Positions 30,878 to 41,093 of a stretch of DNA of 55,645 bases are shown here, piece by piece (position 1 is the first letter of the stretch; every line of letters starts with the position of its first letter). A program made the translations under genes and the position numbers. Under the pieces are notes generated by a model. That model had not been told where the DNA came from. It did no database searches and saw nothing but the letters and a program-made list of their open reading frames with translations. Origin of the DNA: Promethearchaeota archaeon (lineage in GTDB: Archaea; Asgardarchaeota; Lokiarchaeia; Sigyniarchaeales; SOKP01); the NCBI GenBank assembly GCA_019058245.1, contig JAHPZJ010000022.1, positions 1 to 55,645 of the forward strand, written 5' to 3'.

Positions 30878-32329
30878 ATGAAAATGAAATATAAAAATAG
30901 GGAAACGAAACATGAGGTAATTGAATACTTGCAATCATATTTTCTTGGTATTGGATTTCAAGATTTAAAAGAACTTGTAATAGATAAAAACAATTGTGTT
31001 TTTTGTGGTACTTGTGCCTCATTATGCCCTCGTATTGGTATAAATGAAAAAGAAATCAGACTATTAGAATATGATCCGGAATGTTCTACCTGTTTCAGGT
31101 ATTGTCCAAGAACATACTTTCCTAAAGATATGTTTGAAAAAGAATTATTCCATGATTGTATGAACAAAAGTAATACACTAGGATTTTATAAAAAGGGTGT
31201 CGTTGCTAAAAGCAATGATGATGAGATATTGACGGTCGCTCAAAATGGAGGAGTAGTTTCCTCATTACTTATACATGCTTTAGATACAGGACTAATAGAT
31301 GGAGTTCTTCTTACTGATAGAGATGAAAAATGGTATCCAAAACCTAAAATAGCACGAACTTCTAATGAAATATTATCATGTAGTGGTTCTAAATATACAA
31401 TTGCTCCGACCTTAAGTATTTACAAAGACGCGATAGAGGATTTAAAACTAGAAAAATTGGCTTTTGTGGGGATGCCTTGTCAAATCCAAGCAGTAAGGAA
31501 ATTACAATTGTTCTCTCCTCTCTCAGAAGAATATGGAAAATTCACATTAATTATAGGACTTTACTGTTTCTCGAATTATTCATATGATTTAATGAAGTTA
31601 TTTGTTCAAGGAGAACTCGGAGTCTCACTAAATAAGGTTAAGAAGATCGATATTTCACGGGGAAAGTTTTATGTTTATTTAAATGACGGATTAATAGTAG
31701 CTCCAATAAAAGAAATTAAGAAATATAATTGGCCAAGTTGTCAATATTGCAAAGACTATTGTGCTGAATTTGCAGATATTTCTGTTGGAAGTGTGGGAGC
31801 TTCCAGGAATGACTGGAATAGTGTATTATTACGGACGGATATAGGTGCAAAATTATTTAATGATGCAATAAAAGCTAAGAAAATAATATCTTCCAATAAG
31901 ATTGATCTATTTAAAATCGAGAAAGAAACACTTAGAAAAAAAATAAGAGTTACCCAAATTGATAAACAAATACTAAGCGCTATAAAGTTATTAAAGATTT
32001 CTGATTTCGAAATAAAAACTTATATGACTCTAATGTCATTAGGGAATGCAAGTGTATCAATATTAAGTAAGATTATGAAGACAGAGGAACCCGAGGTTAG
32101 AAACGCACTTCAAAAACTAAATCAACGTGAATGGGTTATAGCAGCAAATGGATTATATAGTACTGTAAATCCTACTTTAGTTATTAATAATGAAATATAT
32201 AATTTAAGGCAGAGTTTCTTCAAAAATATTAAAAAACTGAAAACTGAAGTTCTTACTAATTTAGAAGCGCTATTTATACAAAATAATTTTAATCATGTAC
32301 GGCATGATGAAATCTTGGATTTAATATAA
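30878..32329 (+). CDS. FrhB/FpoF-family F420-interacting Fe-S flavoprotein with C-terminal TrmB-like winged HTH
   Basis: CVFCGTCASLCP, AQNGGVV, GSKY, VGMPCQ, IGLYC, CQYCKD, ADISVGSVG; C-terminal LKISDFEIKTYMTL...EVRNALQKL..REWV. Confidence 0.85.
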   Translation: MKMKYKNRETKHEVIEYLQSYFLGIGFQDLKELVIDKNNCVFCGTCASLCPRIGINEKEIRLLEYDPECSTCFRYCPRTYFPKDMFEKELFHDCMNKSNTLGFYKKGVVAKSNDDEILTVAQNGGVVSSLLIHALDTGLIDGVLLTDRDEKWYPKPKIARTSNEILSCSGSKYTIAPTLSIYKDAIEDLKLEKLAFVGMPCQIQAVRKLQLFSPLSEEYGKFTLIIGLYCFSNYSYDLMKLFVQGELGVSLNKVKKIDISRGKFYVYLNDGLIVAPIKEIKKYNWPSCQYCKDYCAEFADISVGSVGASRNDWNSVLLRTDIGAKLFNDAIKAKKIISSNKIDLFKIEKETLRKKIRVTQIDKQILSAIKLLKISDFEIKTYMTLMSLGNASVSILSKIMKTEEPEVRNALQKLNQREWVIAANGLYSTVNPTLVINNEIYNLRQSFFKNIKKLKTEVLTNLEALFIQNNFNHVRHDEILDLI

Positions 32330-32611
32330 ACAAAAAAGGTATAATCTTAGAAATGGCTTCAAATCTCTCTATCAAAAAGTTTTGTTTAAACTCATTAATA
32401 TAAGACCAAAAAAATAAGATTAAGGAAAAGAATTTAAATTTTTTCAATCATATCAGGTTCTCTTATAATATCATATAATTAATAGATCATAATTGAATTC
32501 AGATATTGTAGAGTTTATTAAAACAAATGTCCAAAAATAAAAATAACATGCTGTATTCTTTTCATCAAATTATAATTTAACTGCTATTTTTCTATTGAGG
32601 AATGTATTTCA

Positions 32612-33592
32612 TTGAAAGCATCTTATGATCTTGATACTTTAATCAATAACTTTAAGAAGAAAGATAAAATTGCTTTAGCAAAATTAATTACAATTTTAGA
32701 AAATGAACCAGAAAAAGCACATGAGATATTCAAATACTTTGAAGATATATCTCATGATTCCTATATTATTGGCATTACAGGTTCACCAGGAGTGGGAAAA
32801 AGCACATTAACAGGGGCTATATGTAAAAAAATTTTAGAAAATGGTAAATCCGTTGGTATTATTTGCGTTGATCCCACATCTCCTTTTAGTGGGGGTGCCT
32901 TTTTAGGAGATAGAGTTCGTATGACTAATATATCATTACATCCGAACGTTTTTTTAAGAAGTCTTGCTTCAAGAGGCTATAAAGGAGGTATATCAAGAGC
33001 TGTTTTTGATATAGGTTTATTATATGAAGCATACGGAATGGATATAATTATCATTGAAACGGTTGGTGTTGGACAAGCAGAATTTGATATTTATAATCTT
33101 GCTTATTCTGTTATTGTTGTTTTAGTTCCTGGTTATGGGGATGCTATTCAAATGCAAAAAGCAGGTATTATTGAGATTGGTGACATGTACAACATAAATA
33201 AAAAAGATTTAGGTGGAGAAGATATAGCTGTTCAAGTTGAAATGATGCTTGATGATACGGTATTTCATAGCGGTTGGAGACCACCTGTTTCTATGACTGA
33301 TGCAATTACAGGTGAAGGAATTGAAGAACTTATCCAAAATATATGGGATCATAAGGAACATCTTGAACTATCAGAAGCAATTATCCAAAAAAAGAAAAAT
33401 AGATTCTCATTTAAGATAAAGGAACTAATTTATTCTAAAATTGAAAGAATAATCTCAGAAAGATTAATCAACGAAAATGAGATTGAGGAAATAATAAATC
33501 ATGCACTTGCTGATGGGAAATTTAAAATCTACAGAATTATCCATAACAAATTTGAAGATATGAATTTTGAATTAAAAAAAAAGAGTAAATAA
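32612..33592 (+). CDS. meaB: MeaB/ArgK GTPase metallochaperone for B12 mutase
   Basis: GITGSPGVGKST, VDPTSPFSGGAFLGDRVRM, ETVGVGQAE, QKAGIIE, NKKD. Confidence 0.95.
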   Translation: MKASYDLDTLINNFKKKDKIALAKLITILENEPEKAHEIFKYFEDISHDSYIIGITGSPGVGKSTLTGAICKKILENGKSVGIICVDPTSPFSGGAFLGDRVRMTNISLHPNVFLRSLASRGYKGGISRAVFDIGLLYEAYGMDIIIIETVGVGQAEFDIYNLAYSVIVVLVPGYGDAIQMQKAGIIEIGDMYNINKKDLGGEDIAVQVEMMLDDTVFHSGWRPPVSMTDAITGEGIEELIQNIWDHKEHLELSEAIIQKKKNRFSFKIKELIYSKIERIISERLINENEIEEIINHALADGKFKIYRIIHNKFEDMNFELKKKSK

Positions 33593-33858
33593 TTCTGATT
33601 TAATCATCCTCTAATATTAACATAAAGGATTTTGAATTATGCTTTATTTTATTAAAATGAAAAAAATTTATAGATTGTTCTATAAGTGCACCTCAAATGT
33701 TTATAAACAGATTTATTTTTTAATCTATAAATAAAACCTAAAAACTAAATATTTTAATAAATATTTATAATGTAAGAGAAGTCTATGTTAAAATTTCATG
33801 CTTAAAATTAAATAGAAATAAATTTCAAAAAGAATAAGCATCAAAAGAGCTCCAGATA

Positions 33859-34581
33859 ATGGAAAGCCTTGAACTATCTAAAAAGTTTAAATTTTTTTTA
33901 TTATTAGAATGTGCTCTGATAATTTCTTTTTTAGTAATTGGCTTCAATTTCATATTCTCGTTCATTATTACTCAAAAAGCAGCTGGACACCTCTATGGAT
34001 ATGGAACTTCTACGTATCATTTAATTTCAATTACCATTTTACTAGTTATAATTTCCTTTATTTCTATTTTTGCTGTTCTCACTTTACAAGAATATAAAAA
34101 GTGTTTAGCAAGGAGGGCATATATATTAAATGGAAAATCTAATTTAAGTCTAACAGAGATACTTGAAAATGAAAATCGTTTGAATATATTGATGGAAATT
34201 CTCAAGAATCCTGGAATTCATCAAAATGAATTACTAAGAAACTGTGCTCTCCAAAAAGGACAGTTACAATGGCATTTAGCTATTTTAATAAAGAATGGTA
34301 TGATAAAAAAAGAAAAATTTGGACAATATACCATATACTTTCCAATTACTTCCTCCATGGAATCAATTGAAAAATACAAGAATCTCCCTAAAAAGTCAGA
34401 AACTACTGAAAATATTTTAGATATTATTCGAAAGAATCCAGGAATTAATTCTTCAAAAATCTCTCGAATTTTAAACCTCTCACGTAATACAATTAAGTAT
34501 CATATTGATAAATTATCAGAAAATAACTTAATACTTCTTGAAGAAAAAGGACGAAAAATTGAATTATATCCAAATATGTAG
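33859..34581 (+). CDS. Membrane-anchored tandem winged-HTH transcriptional regulator
   Basis: Two N-terminal TM segments, then two HTH repeats (NPGIHQNEL..LQWHL; NPGINSSKISR..IKYHIDKL). Confidence 0.8.
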   Translation: MESLELSKKFKFFLLLECALIISFLVIGFNFIFSFIITQKAAGHLYGYGTSTYHLISITILLVIISFISIFAVLTLQEYKKCLARRAYILNGKSNLSLTEILENENRLNILMEILKNPGIHQNELLRNCALQKGQLQWHLAILIKNGMIKKEKFGQYTIYFPITSSMESIEKYKNLPKKSETTENILDIIRKNPGINSSKISRILNLSRNTIKYHIDKLSENNLILLEEKGRKIELYPNM

Positions 34582-34643
34582 AATAAATACTTCCTGGCTT
34601 TCCTAAAATAAAATTTAAAATTACTAAACGAAGAAATAACTCT

Positions 34644-35600
34644 TCAATTAACAAGTTCAGAAGACGAGGAATATATTTCAGAAGTAACCTTTTTATAAAT
34701 TGCTCTTAAGACAATTTCAAAAGCCTTATTTTCAATATTTTGAGGAATTCCTAAATTCTCTACAGTTTCTATAATTTTTCCTGGATTTCTTATTTCAAAG
34801 TTAATTTTGAAATCTCGTTCTCGGATCTCTTTATTTGTTTCAGATAATTCTTGAATAGTAATTTTAGGTATATTAAATTGGAAATCAAATTCTTGATTTA
34901 TAGATTTTTTTTCTAACTCCTTCTTACTTTTTAATGATTGACCTAAGCTTAATTCTGTAAGTATATCATTCTTAGATTTTCCTCGCAATTCTAATAACAA
35001 AAATGGATTAAAATCTATAACTCGGGCGATATACAAAATTACAGCAGCAATATGTTTACATGGAATTGCTTTATCCGGACAGGAGCAGGTAGCGTTTAGG
35101 CCTTTTGATGCATCAGGAAATAATGAATATTCACTCTCATTAAAAATAGATGTAATACCTTCTGGTAAGGAACCTTCTATTAATTCTAAAAGGTTAACTG
35201 GTTTATTTATAAGTTTATTTAAAATAGTTTTCCATTCTTTTTCAAGGATTGTTTCAAATTTTATTTTTACACGATAGGGAGTTGGAGCAGTACCTTGCAC
35301 AGTTGCGAAAATCTGACCTGGAGTAATTGAAAGATTATCAATTCGTCTTTTATCTTTTACATATTCAATTCCCCTTTGCATTCGAAAGGGACGCCCTATT
35401 TTTAGATTTGATTTAATCCATTGTTTTCCCCATGATGTATTGGCATAATTTAAAAGATTCTTTTTAATTTGATCGACTTCATCATGAGTACGTTGTCTCT
35501 CATATTGTGTCTTTTTTTGAGGTAAATTAGGTTTTTTTCCCTTAGATCTTCTACTTTCCATGAATTGTTTTTTACGGTTATTTATTTTTATCACCTTCAT
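34644..35600 (-). CDS. SWIM zinc-finger protein
   Basis: RMQRG..Y, ATVQGT, CSCPD-PCKH, NPFLLLELRG. Confidence 0.9.
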   Translation of the reverse strand: MKVIKINNRKKQFMESRRSKGKKPNLPQKKTQYERQRTHDEVDQIKKNLLNYANTSWGKQWIKSNLKIGRPFRMQRGIEYVKDKRRIDNLSITPGQIFATVQGTAPTPYRVKIKFETILEKEWKTILNKLINKPVNLLELIEGSLPEGITSIFNESEYSLFPDASKGLNATCSCPDKAIPCKHIAAVILYIARVIDFNPFLLLELRGKSKNDILTELSLGQSLKSKKELEKKSINQEFDFQFNIPKITIQELSETNKEIRERDFKINFEIRNPGKIIETVENLGIPQNIENKAFEIVLRAIYKKVTSEIYSSSSELVN

Positions 35601-35603
35601 TTT

Positions 35604-38600
35604 TTAAGTGCTTAATACTAATAATTCCTTGAGTTTTTCTTCATCTAAATCAGAAATCCACGATTCTCCGGAGGAAACTACAATTTTATCAGATAAATCT
35701 CGTTTTTCCTCCAAAAGTAAGTCAATTTTCTCTTCAATTGAACCACTTGTAACAAATTTATATACATTTACTATTGATTTCTGACCAATTCGATAAGCTC
35801 TATCTGTAGCTTGATCTTCAACCGCAGGATTCCACCATCGGTCAAAATGGATTACTGTTGTTCCTTGAGTTAGATTTAATCCTGTTCCACCAGCTTTTAA
35901 GGATAAAACCAAAATTGGTGGACTTTCGATATCTTCCGATTGAAATTCATCTACTATTTTTCTTCTTTTATTTTCTGGAACACCACCATGAAAGTAAAGT
36001 ATTTTAAAATTATACTTCCATTCAAGTATTTTTTTTAATAATGATCCCATTTGTGTAAATTGAGTAAAAATCAAAACTTTCTCCCCATTTGATATGACCT
36101 CATCAGTCATTTCTAATAATCTCTCCAGTTTATTTGATTGAGAGATAACTATATTTATTTCTTTATCTGTTCTTAATGATTTTATATCCTTTTTTAGATA
36201 TTGAAATGGATGATTACAAATTTGTTTTAGTTTAACTAACAATGCTAGTATTAATCCCCTCTTTTGCCTATTATCAACCGATTTATCTCCGATCTTTTCC
36301 AATATCTCTTCTGTAAGATTTTTATATAGACTAATTTGATCTTCGGTTAATTCGACAATAATTTTCATCTCATTTTTTTCAGGTAAATCTTGTATTATAG
36401 ATTTATCTGATTTGACTCGACGCATAATAAAAGGAGCTATAATTAATTTCAAATTTTCAATCGCTTCTTGATTTTGAAATCTTTCAATTGGTAAGACATA
36501 CTTTTGTTGAAATTCCGTTCTATTTCCTAAAAGACCAGGATTTAAAAAATTAAAAAGGGACCATAGTTCTAATAAACGATTTTCTATTGGAGTACCACTT
36601 AAACAAATTCTATATTGACTTTTTAATTTATATAACGCTTGCGTTTGTTTAGAATTGTAATTTTTCATATTTTGACTCTCGTCAATGATAACTCCATTGA
36701 ATTGAATTGATTCTAAGAAAGAAATATCATTTCTAATAGTACCGTAGGATGTTAGAAAGATTCGATGGGATTTTAAAAATTCTGGAAGATCTGACGCTTT
36801 TGTATATCGTTTTGTCCCATGATGGAATATCACTTCTAAATCAGGAGCAAATCTCTTGAATTCACGATACCAATTGAAAAGAACTGAAGTGGGACATACA
36901 ATTAAAACACTTCCTGGATTATTTGGATACTCTTCTTTTAAATAAAGTAAAAAAGCGATTACTTGAATCGTTTTTCCAAGCCCCATATCATCAGCTAAGC
37001 ATAATCCAAAATTAAATTTGGTCATATTACCCATCCATTGAAGTGCTTCTTCTTGATAATGACGTAGTTTACCATTAAAAGATGAAGGACATGAAATATC
37101 TTCAAAAGAATCTATTGACTGTAGTTTATTGACAATCTCCCTTAATTCGCCCTCAATAATTACCTCATATTTAGTACCATTTTCTTGTAATTGAACTTTT
37201 CCTATCAATCCAAGTCTTAATGCATCCAAATAACCTTTTATTTCAAAATCTTTACTATTTCTCAAATCTTCAAGGTCATTTTGATCCACTAATATCCATT
37301 TTCCTCTTAAATTAACTAAGGGCTCATTAGAGTTAATTATATTATTTAATTCATCCTCAGTTATTTGTTTTCCCTCAATTCTGACGTCCCATTTAGTTTC
37401 TAATAATGAACCAACATCAAAAAGTGAGGATAATGCTTTAACTTTTCCACTTGTTTTTTCTGCTTTGTCTTTTGAACGAATTATTATTTTTGCTGTTAAA
37501 CGTTGCCTTCCACCCATTGAAAATACTTCTGGTAGAACAAGATTAAATCCATTCTGAATTAATAAATCTTTTGGATATTTTAAAAAATCTAGTACCTCGC
37601 TTGAAGTAAGATTAATTTCATCTTTCATTTTGTCCATAAAAATTCTCTTAATGGGTGGAAATATTTTTGCTGCTGTTCCTAAAGTGCGTAAAATTATCTC
37701 TAAATAGTGTTCATCATTTTTAAATACTTTAGAAATTTCTTTTTTAAATCGATCACTTCCTTCCCAAATTTCATTTAATGGAATCTTCTTAGGATTATTC
37801 TGAAATAAAAGTGAAAAAGTTAATAACCAATCATCCTCAATTTGTTCTGGATATTTCAATTCTAAAGTCAAAGTAAAATTACTTTTTAATTGAAATCCAT
37901 GAGCAGATTGAGTCCAATTCTTAATTATAATAGGAAGAATTGTTTCATAAAATTCATCTACTTTAAAAATTGGGTCTTTTTTGATAAGTCCTTTAAGTAA
38001 TTTATAATCCCAGCTTAATCTAAAATCAGGATTAGTCTCTTTTTTAATTTCACTGCTATAAAATTCTTCAAAAGTCTGAAAATTTCCTTTATGTAATATA
38101 GAACGTATAAGAAAATCTCCAACACTATCCATAAATGCTGAAAAAATGTAAGACGGATGCCAAAGCCCATTAGTTTTAAGTACTCCTTCTTCATGGAAAA
38201 AATTATTCGGAAGACAAAAAGATGACCAAGAACTATTTTTTAAAATAAAATTAAAACGATCCCTATCATACTGAGACTTTAAAATTAATTGCCATTTACT
38301 CGTATATAATTTTTCTGTAGTTGGTTCTAAAACAGGTACAAACTGTCCTTTATTTAATAATTCAAATACTAATTTGGTTAGAAAAGCCCATGTTTTTATA
38401 GAATTGCTAAATGGTACTTTAGTCCTATCAGGATTTTCAATTATTTCCAATTGATAAAGTAATTTGGTTGCTGGTGAAATCGGAATGATTTTTCCGAAAT
38501 GTGTAATAATTTCAAAAAACTTTTCTGAGGATTTACCCATTTCTTTTGCATTTTTTAAGTTGCTAGGAATTGCGAGGTTAATTTTGCAGGATAAAAGCTT

Positions 38601-38801
38601 ATCTGGGGGAATACTTGGTAAAATAAGTTTAATTTGTTCAACTAGCTTTTTTTCAGATTCATTTAAAGGAATCCATAAAAGGAAAAAGTTTGTGTTTTGA
38701 GGAAGATTTTTTCCTTTAGATAATAATTCAAAACCACTGGATGGTTCATTCCAATACGTTGTGGGGATATAGAGTAATTCTAGTTTCTTATCAAAATTCA
38801 T
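35604..38801 (-). CDS. SNF2-family helicase/ATPase
   Basis: LRHYQ, LADDMGLGKT, DESQ, SGTPIEN, KQICNHP, SLKAGGTGLNL, DRWWNPAVEDQATDRAYRIGQ. Confidence 0.95.
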   Translation of the reverse strand: MNFDKKLELLYIPTTYWNEPSSGFELLSKGKNLPQNTNFFLLWIPLNESEKKLVEQIKLILPSIPPDKLLSCKINLAIPSNLKNAKEMGKSSEKFFEIITHFGKIIPISPATKLLYQLEIIENPDRTKVPFSNSIKTWAFLTKLVFELLNKGQFVPVLEPTTEKLYTSKWQLILKSQYDRDRFNFILKNSSWSSFCLPNNFFHEEGVLKTNGLWHPSYIFSAFMDSVGDFLIRSILHKGNFQTFEEFYSSEIKKETNPDFRLSWDYKLLKGLIKKDPIFKVDEFYETILPIIIKNWTQSAHGFQLKSNFTLTLELKYPEQIEDDWLLTFSLLFQNNPKKIPLNEIWEGSDRFKKEISKVFKNDEHYLEIILRTLGTAAKIFPPIKRIFMDKMKDEINLTSSEVLDFLKYPKDLLIQNGFNLVLPEVFSMGGRQRLTAKIIIRSKDKAEKTSGKVKALSSLFDVGSLLETKWDVRIEGKQITEDELNNIINSNEPLVNLRGKWILVDQNDLEDLRNSKDFEIKGYLDALRLGLIGKVQLQENGTKYEVIIEGELREIVNKLQSIDSFEDISCPSSFNGKLRHYQEEALQWMGNMTKFNFGLCLADDMGLGKTIQVIAFLLYLKEEYPNNPGSVLIVCPTSVLFNWYREFKRFAPDLEVIFHHGTKRYTKASDLPEFLKSHRIFLTSYGTIRNDISFLESIQFNGVIIDESQNMKNYNSKQTQALYKLKSQYRICLSGTPIENRLLELWSLFNFLNPGLLGNRTEFQQKYVLPIERFQNQEAIENLKLIIAPFIMRRVKSDKSIIQDLPEKNEMKIIVELTEDQISLYKNLTEEILEKIGDKSVDNRQKRGLILALLVKLKQICNHPFQYLKKDIKSLRTDKEINIVISQSNKLERLLEMTDEVISNGEKVLIFTQFTQMGSLLKKILEWKYNFKILYFHGGVPENKRRKIVDEFQSEDIESPPILVLSLKAGGTGLNLTQGTTVIHFDRWWNPAVEDQATDRAYRIGQKSIVNVYKFVTSGSIEEKIDLLLEEKRDLSDKIVVSSGESWISDLDEEKLKELLVLST

Positions 38802-38957
38802 ATATTAGTATCGCTCAGACACAAGGAACTTTTTCTATTCTAATATTGATTATTATGAAAATAATTTTAGTAATTAGGTTTTGATAATTAAAGAATTAAC
38901 ATAAAGATTTCAAATTTATATAAAAAGAAGTTCAATATTAAATTATTAAAAAAAACG

Positions 38958-39329
38958 GTGAATAATAAAATGGTTGATATTGAAAAAATAAAAAAAATAT
39001 TCGGTATAATTTGGTTAATCATTTTGATATTTTTATGGGTCACTTATCCTTTCTATCCTGGGGATATATTTTTCTGGATGTGGTTAGCAATTATCTGGAG
39101 CATAATTGGTGGTGTCATAGGTACCATATTTTTCATGATGGAGAGTAAAAAGAATGAGAAAATAATAGCAACAATCTGGGCTATTATTTTGGTACTTCTA
39201 TGGATTTTCTATCCTTATTTCCCTGGTGATAATGTTTTAGTTTGGATGTGGACTGCTATTATCTGGAGTATAATTGGCGGTATCATTGCTATAAGTCTTT
39301 TTATAATCAGGAGAATAAAAAAAGAATAA
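38958..39329 (+). CDS. Small 4-TM membrane protein made of an internal tandem duplication
   Basis: Two copies of IW..IL..LW..YP..PGD....WMW.AIIWSIIGG. Confidence 0.8.
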   Translation: MNNKMVDIEKIKKIFGIIWLIILIFLWVTYPFYPGDIFFWMWLAIIWSIIGGVIGTIFFMMESKKNEKIIATIWAIILVLLWIFYPYFPGDNVLVWMWTAIIWSIIGGIIAISLFIIRRIKKE

Positions 39330-39399
39330 ATAATTCCTTTAATTAAGCTAAATCTTAATAAAATACCTTTTTTTCTTTTAATTTATTTTAAATAAAGAA

Positions 39400-40281
39400 T
39401 TAAATAGTAATTAATTTTGGATATTTATTTTGCTTAGCAAGTTCTTTTTGAATTATATCATTTAATAACTCTTCACGTTCATTTCCTGAAACAACTTCTA
39501 ATTTTCTTATTTCTAGTGGATCAACCTTCTCTCTTAATAGTTTAATTTCTTTTATAGTGGGAGGTTTAGTCTGCTGTATATCCTTTGGAATTATCAATTC
39601 AAATCCAGTCGATTTTATTATTGTATCTAAATCTTTGTTAGGATGAATTGAATTTAATCTCATTTTTTTACTCTCATCATCAAAATCCAAATAAGCCAGA
39701 TTTGTAATAATACACTGAGGTCCTGAGCCACCACATATAGAAGATTTACCATTAGGAAAACCAACTCCTGAAATAAAATCAAATTTTTCCGTAGGAACAA
39801 ATGTTCTTTTATCATGACGGGGGGTGTAAAGAAAGGAACCACGAGCATAAAACATACTAAAATCAAGGATTCCTGCTGCTCCTGGAAGCCTAACTTTTGG
39901 TTTATTCCAATCCCCGATACATATATTATTTGTATTTCCATATTGGTCTATCTGAGCAGGGCGAAAAAATTCAATGGTGGTTAGTTTATCTGAAGGAAGA
40001 GATTCCAAAGTACATTCTACACTATTTTGAAATCTGTATGCTCTTGCTGTATTCATTTCAAGATATAGTAAACTCACCTGTCGAGCTTCTTGTACAAATG
40101 TATTCCCCATTATGTAGTGATAGATCGCATCTGGCGCATGAGTTACTTTTGCTAATGTAAATGCTGTCCAGACCATCGGAGTCGCAACACCGACTATCAT
40201 TATATCATCATTTCTAACTTCCCTTGCCATTAAGACAGTCATCATCTCATCAATAGTATAATCTTTTGAATATTTACTCAT
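39400..40281 (-). CDS. Family I CoA-transferase beta subunit (glutaconate CoA-transferase B-like)
   Basis: VGVATP, AQIDQYGNTN, RLPGAAG, ITNLA, STGFEL, LREKVDP. Confidence 0.88.
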   Translation of the reverse strand: MSKYSKDYTIDEMMTVLMAREVRNDDIMIVGVATPMVWTAFTLAKVTHAPDAIYHYIMGNTFVQEARQVSLLYLEMNTARAYRFQNSVECTLESLPSDKLTTIEFFRPAQIDQYGNTNNICIGDWNKPKVRLPGAAGILDFSMFYARGSFLYTPRHDKRTFVPTEKFDFISGVGFPNGKSSICGGSGPQCIITNLAYLDFDDESKKMRLNSIHPNKDLDTIIKSTGFELIIPKDIQQTKPPTIKEIKLLREKVDPLEIRKLEVVSGNEREELLNDIIQKELAKQNKYPKLITI

Positions 40282-40466
40282 CTTTTTTCTCCCTAAATAT
40301 ATATTAAATCTAAGATTATGCCAATATTTTATTTTAATAATTCCATATTGTTCCTTATGCTTAAATACAAAAGGTTTAAGATATTATAAGAATTCATTTT
40401 TAATATAATCCATAGTATTCAGGATTTAATGCTAATTCATAAAAAAATTGATAAATAGATATTATT

Positions 40467-41078
40467 ATGTTTCTTGTTTGTTTTGATTTAGAAGGTGTAT
40501 TTACACCAGAAGTATGGATTGCAGTAAGTAAATCGACTGGAATAGATGAACTTAATTTAACTACAAGAGATATTTCTGATTATGATGTTCTTATGAAAAA
40601 AAGACTTGCTATACTTAAAGAAAATAGAATTACATTAAAAGATATTCAAAAAATAATTTCAAACATGGAATTATTACCTGGTGCCAAAAAATTTTTAGAT
40701 TGGATTCGTTCTCAAGCACAAATTATAATATTAACTGATAGTTTTATCGAATTTGTAGTTCCTTTCATGAAAAAGCTAGATTATCCTTTTTGTTGTTGTC
40801 ATAATCTTGAAACTGATGAAGATGGGATAATAAAAGATTATAAAATCCGTATCAAAGATATGAAAAAAAACACTGTTATAGCTTTTAAAAATTTGAATTA
40901 TGATATTATAGCTGCTGGAGACTCATATAATGATACTAAAATGCTTGTAGAAGCGAAACATGGTATTTTATTTAGGCCTCCTCAAAATGTTATTGAAGAA
41001 TTCCCTCAATTCCCTGTAGTTAATGAATATTCTGAATTAAAAACTTTAATTTCTAATTATTTAGATCTATCTGATTAA
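40467..41078 (+). CDS. thrH: Phosphoserine phosphatase / homoserine phosphotransferase (HAD)
   Basis: DLEGVFTPEVW, LTTRDISDYDVLM, AAGDSYNDT, LFRPP. Confidence 0.9.
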   Translation: MFLVCFDLEGVFTPEVWIAVSKSTGIDELNLTTRDISDYDVLMKKRLAILKENRITLKDIQKIISNMELLPGAKKFLDWIRSQAQIIILTDSFIEFVVPFMKKLDYPFCCCHNLETDEDGIIKDYKIRIKDMKKNTVIAFKNLNYDIIAAGDSYNDTKMLVEAKHGILFRPPQNVIEEFPQFPVVNEYSELKTLISNYLDLSD

Positions 41079-41093
41079 ATTATAGGATGAATT

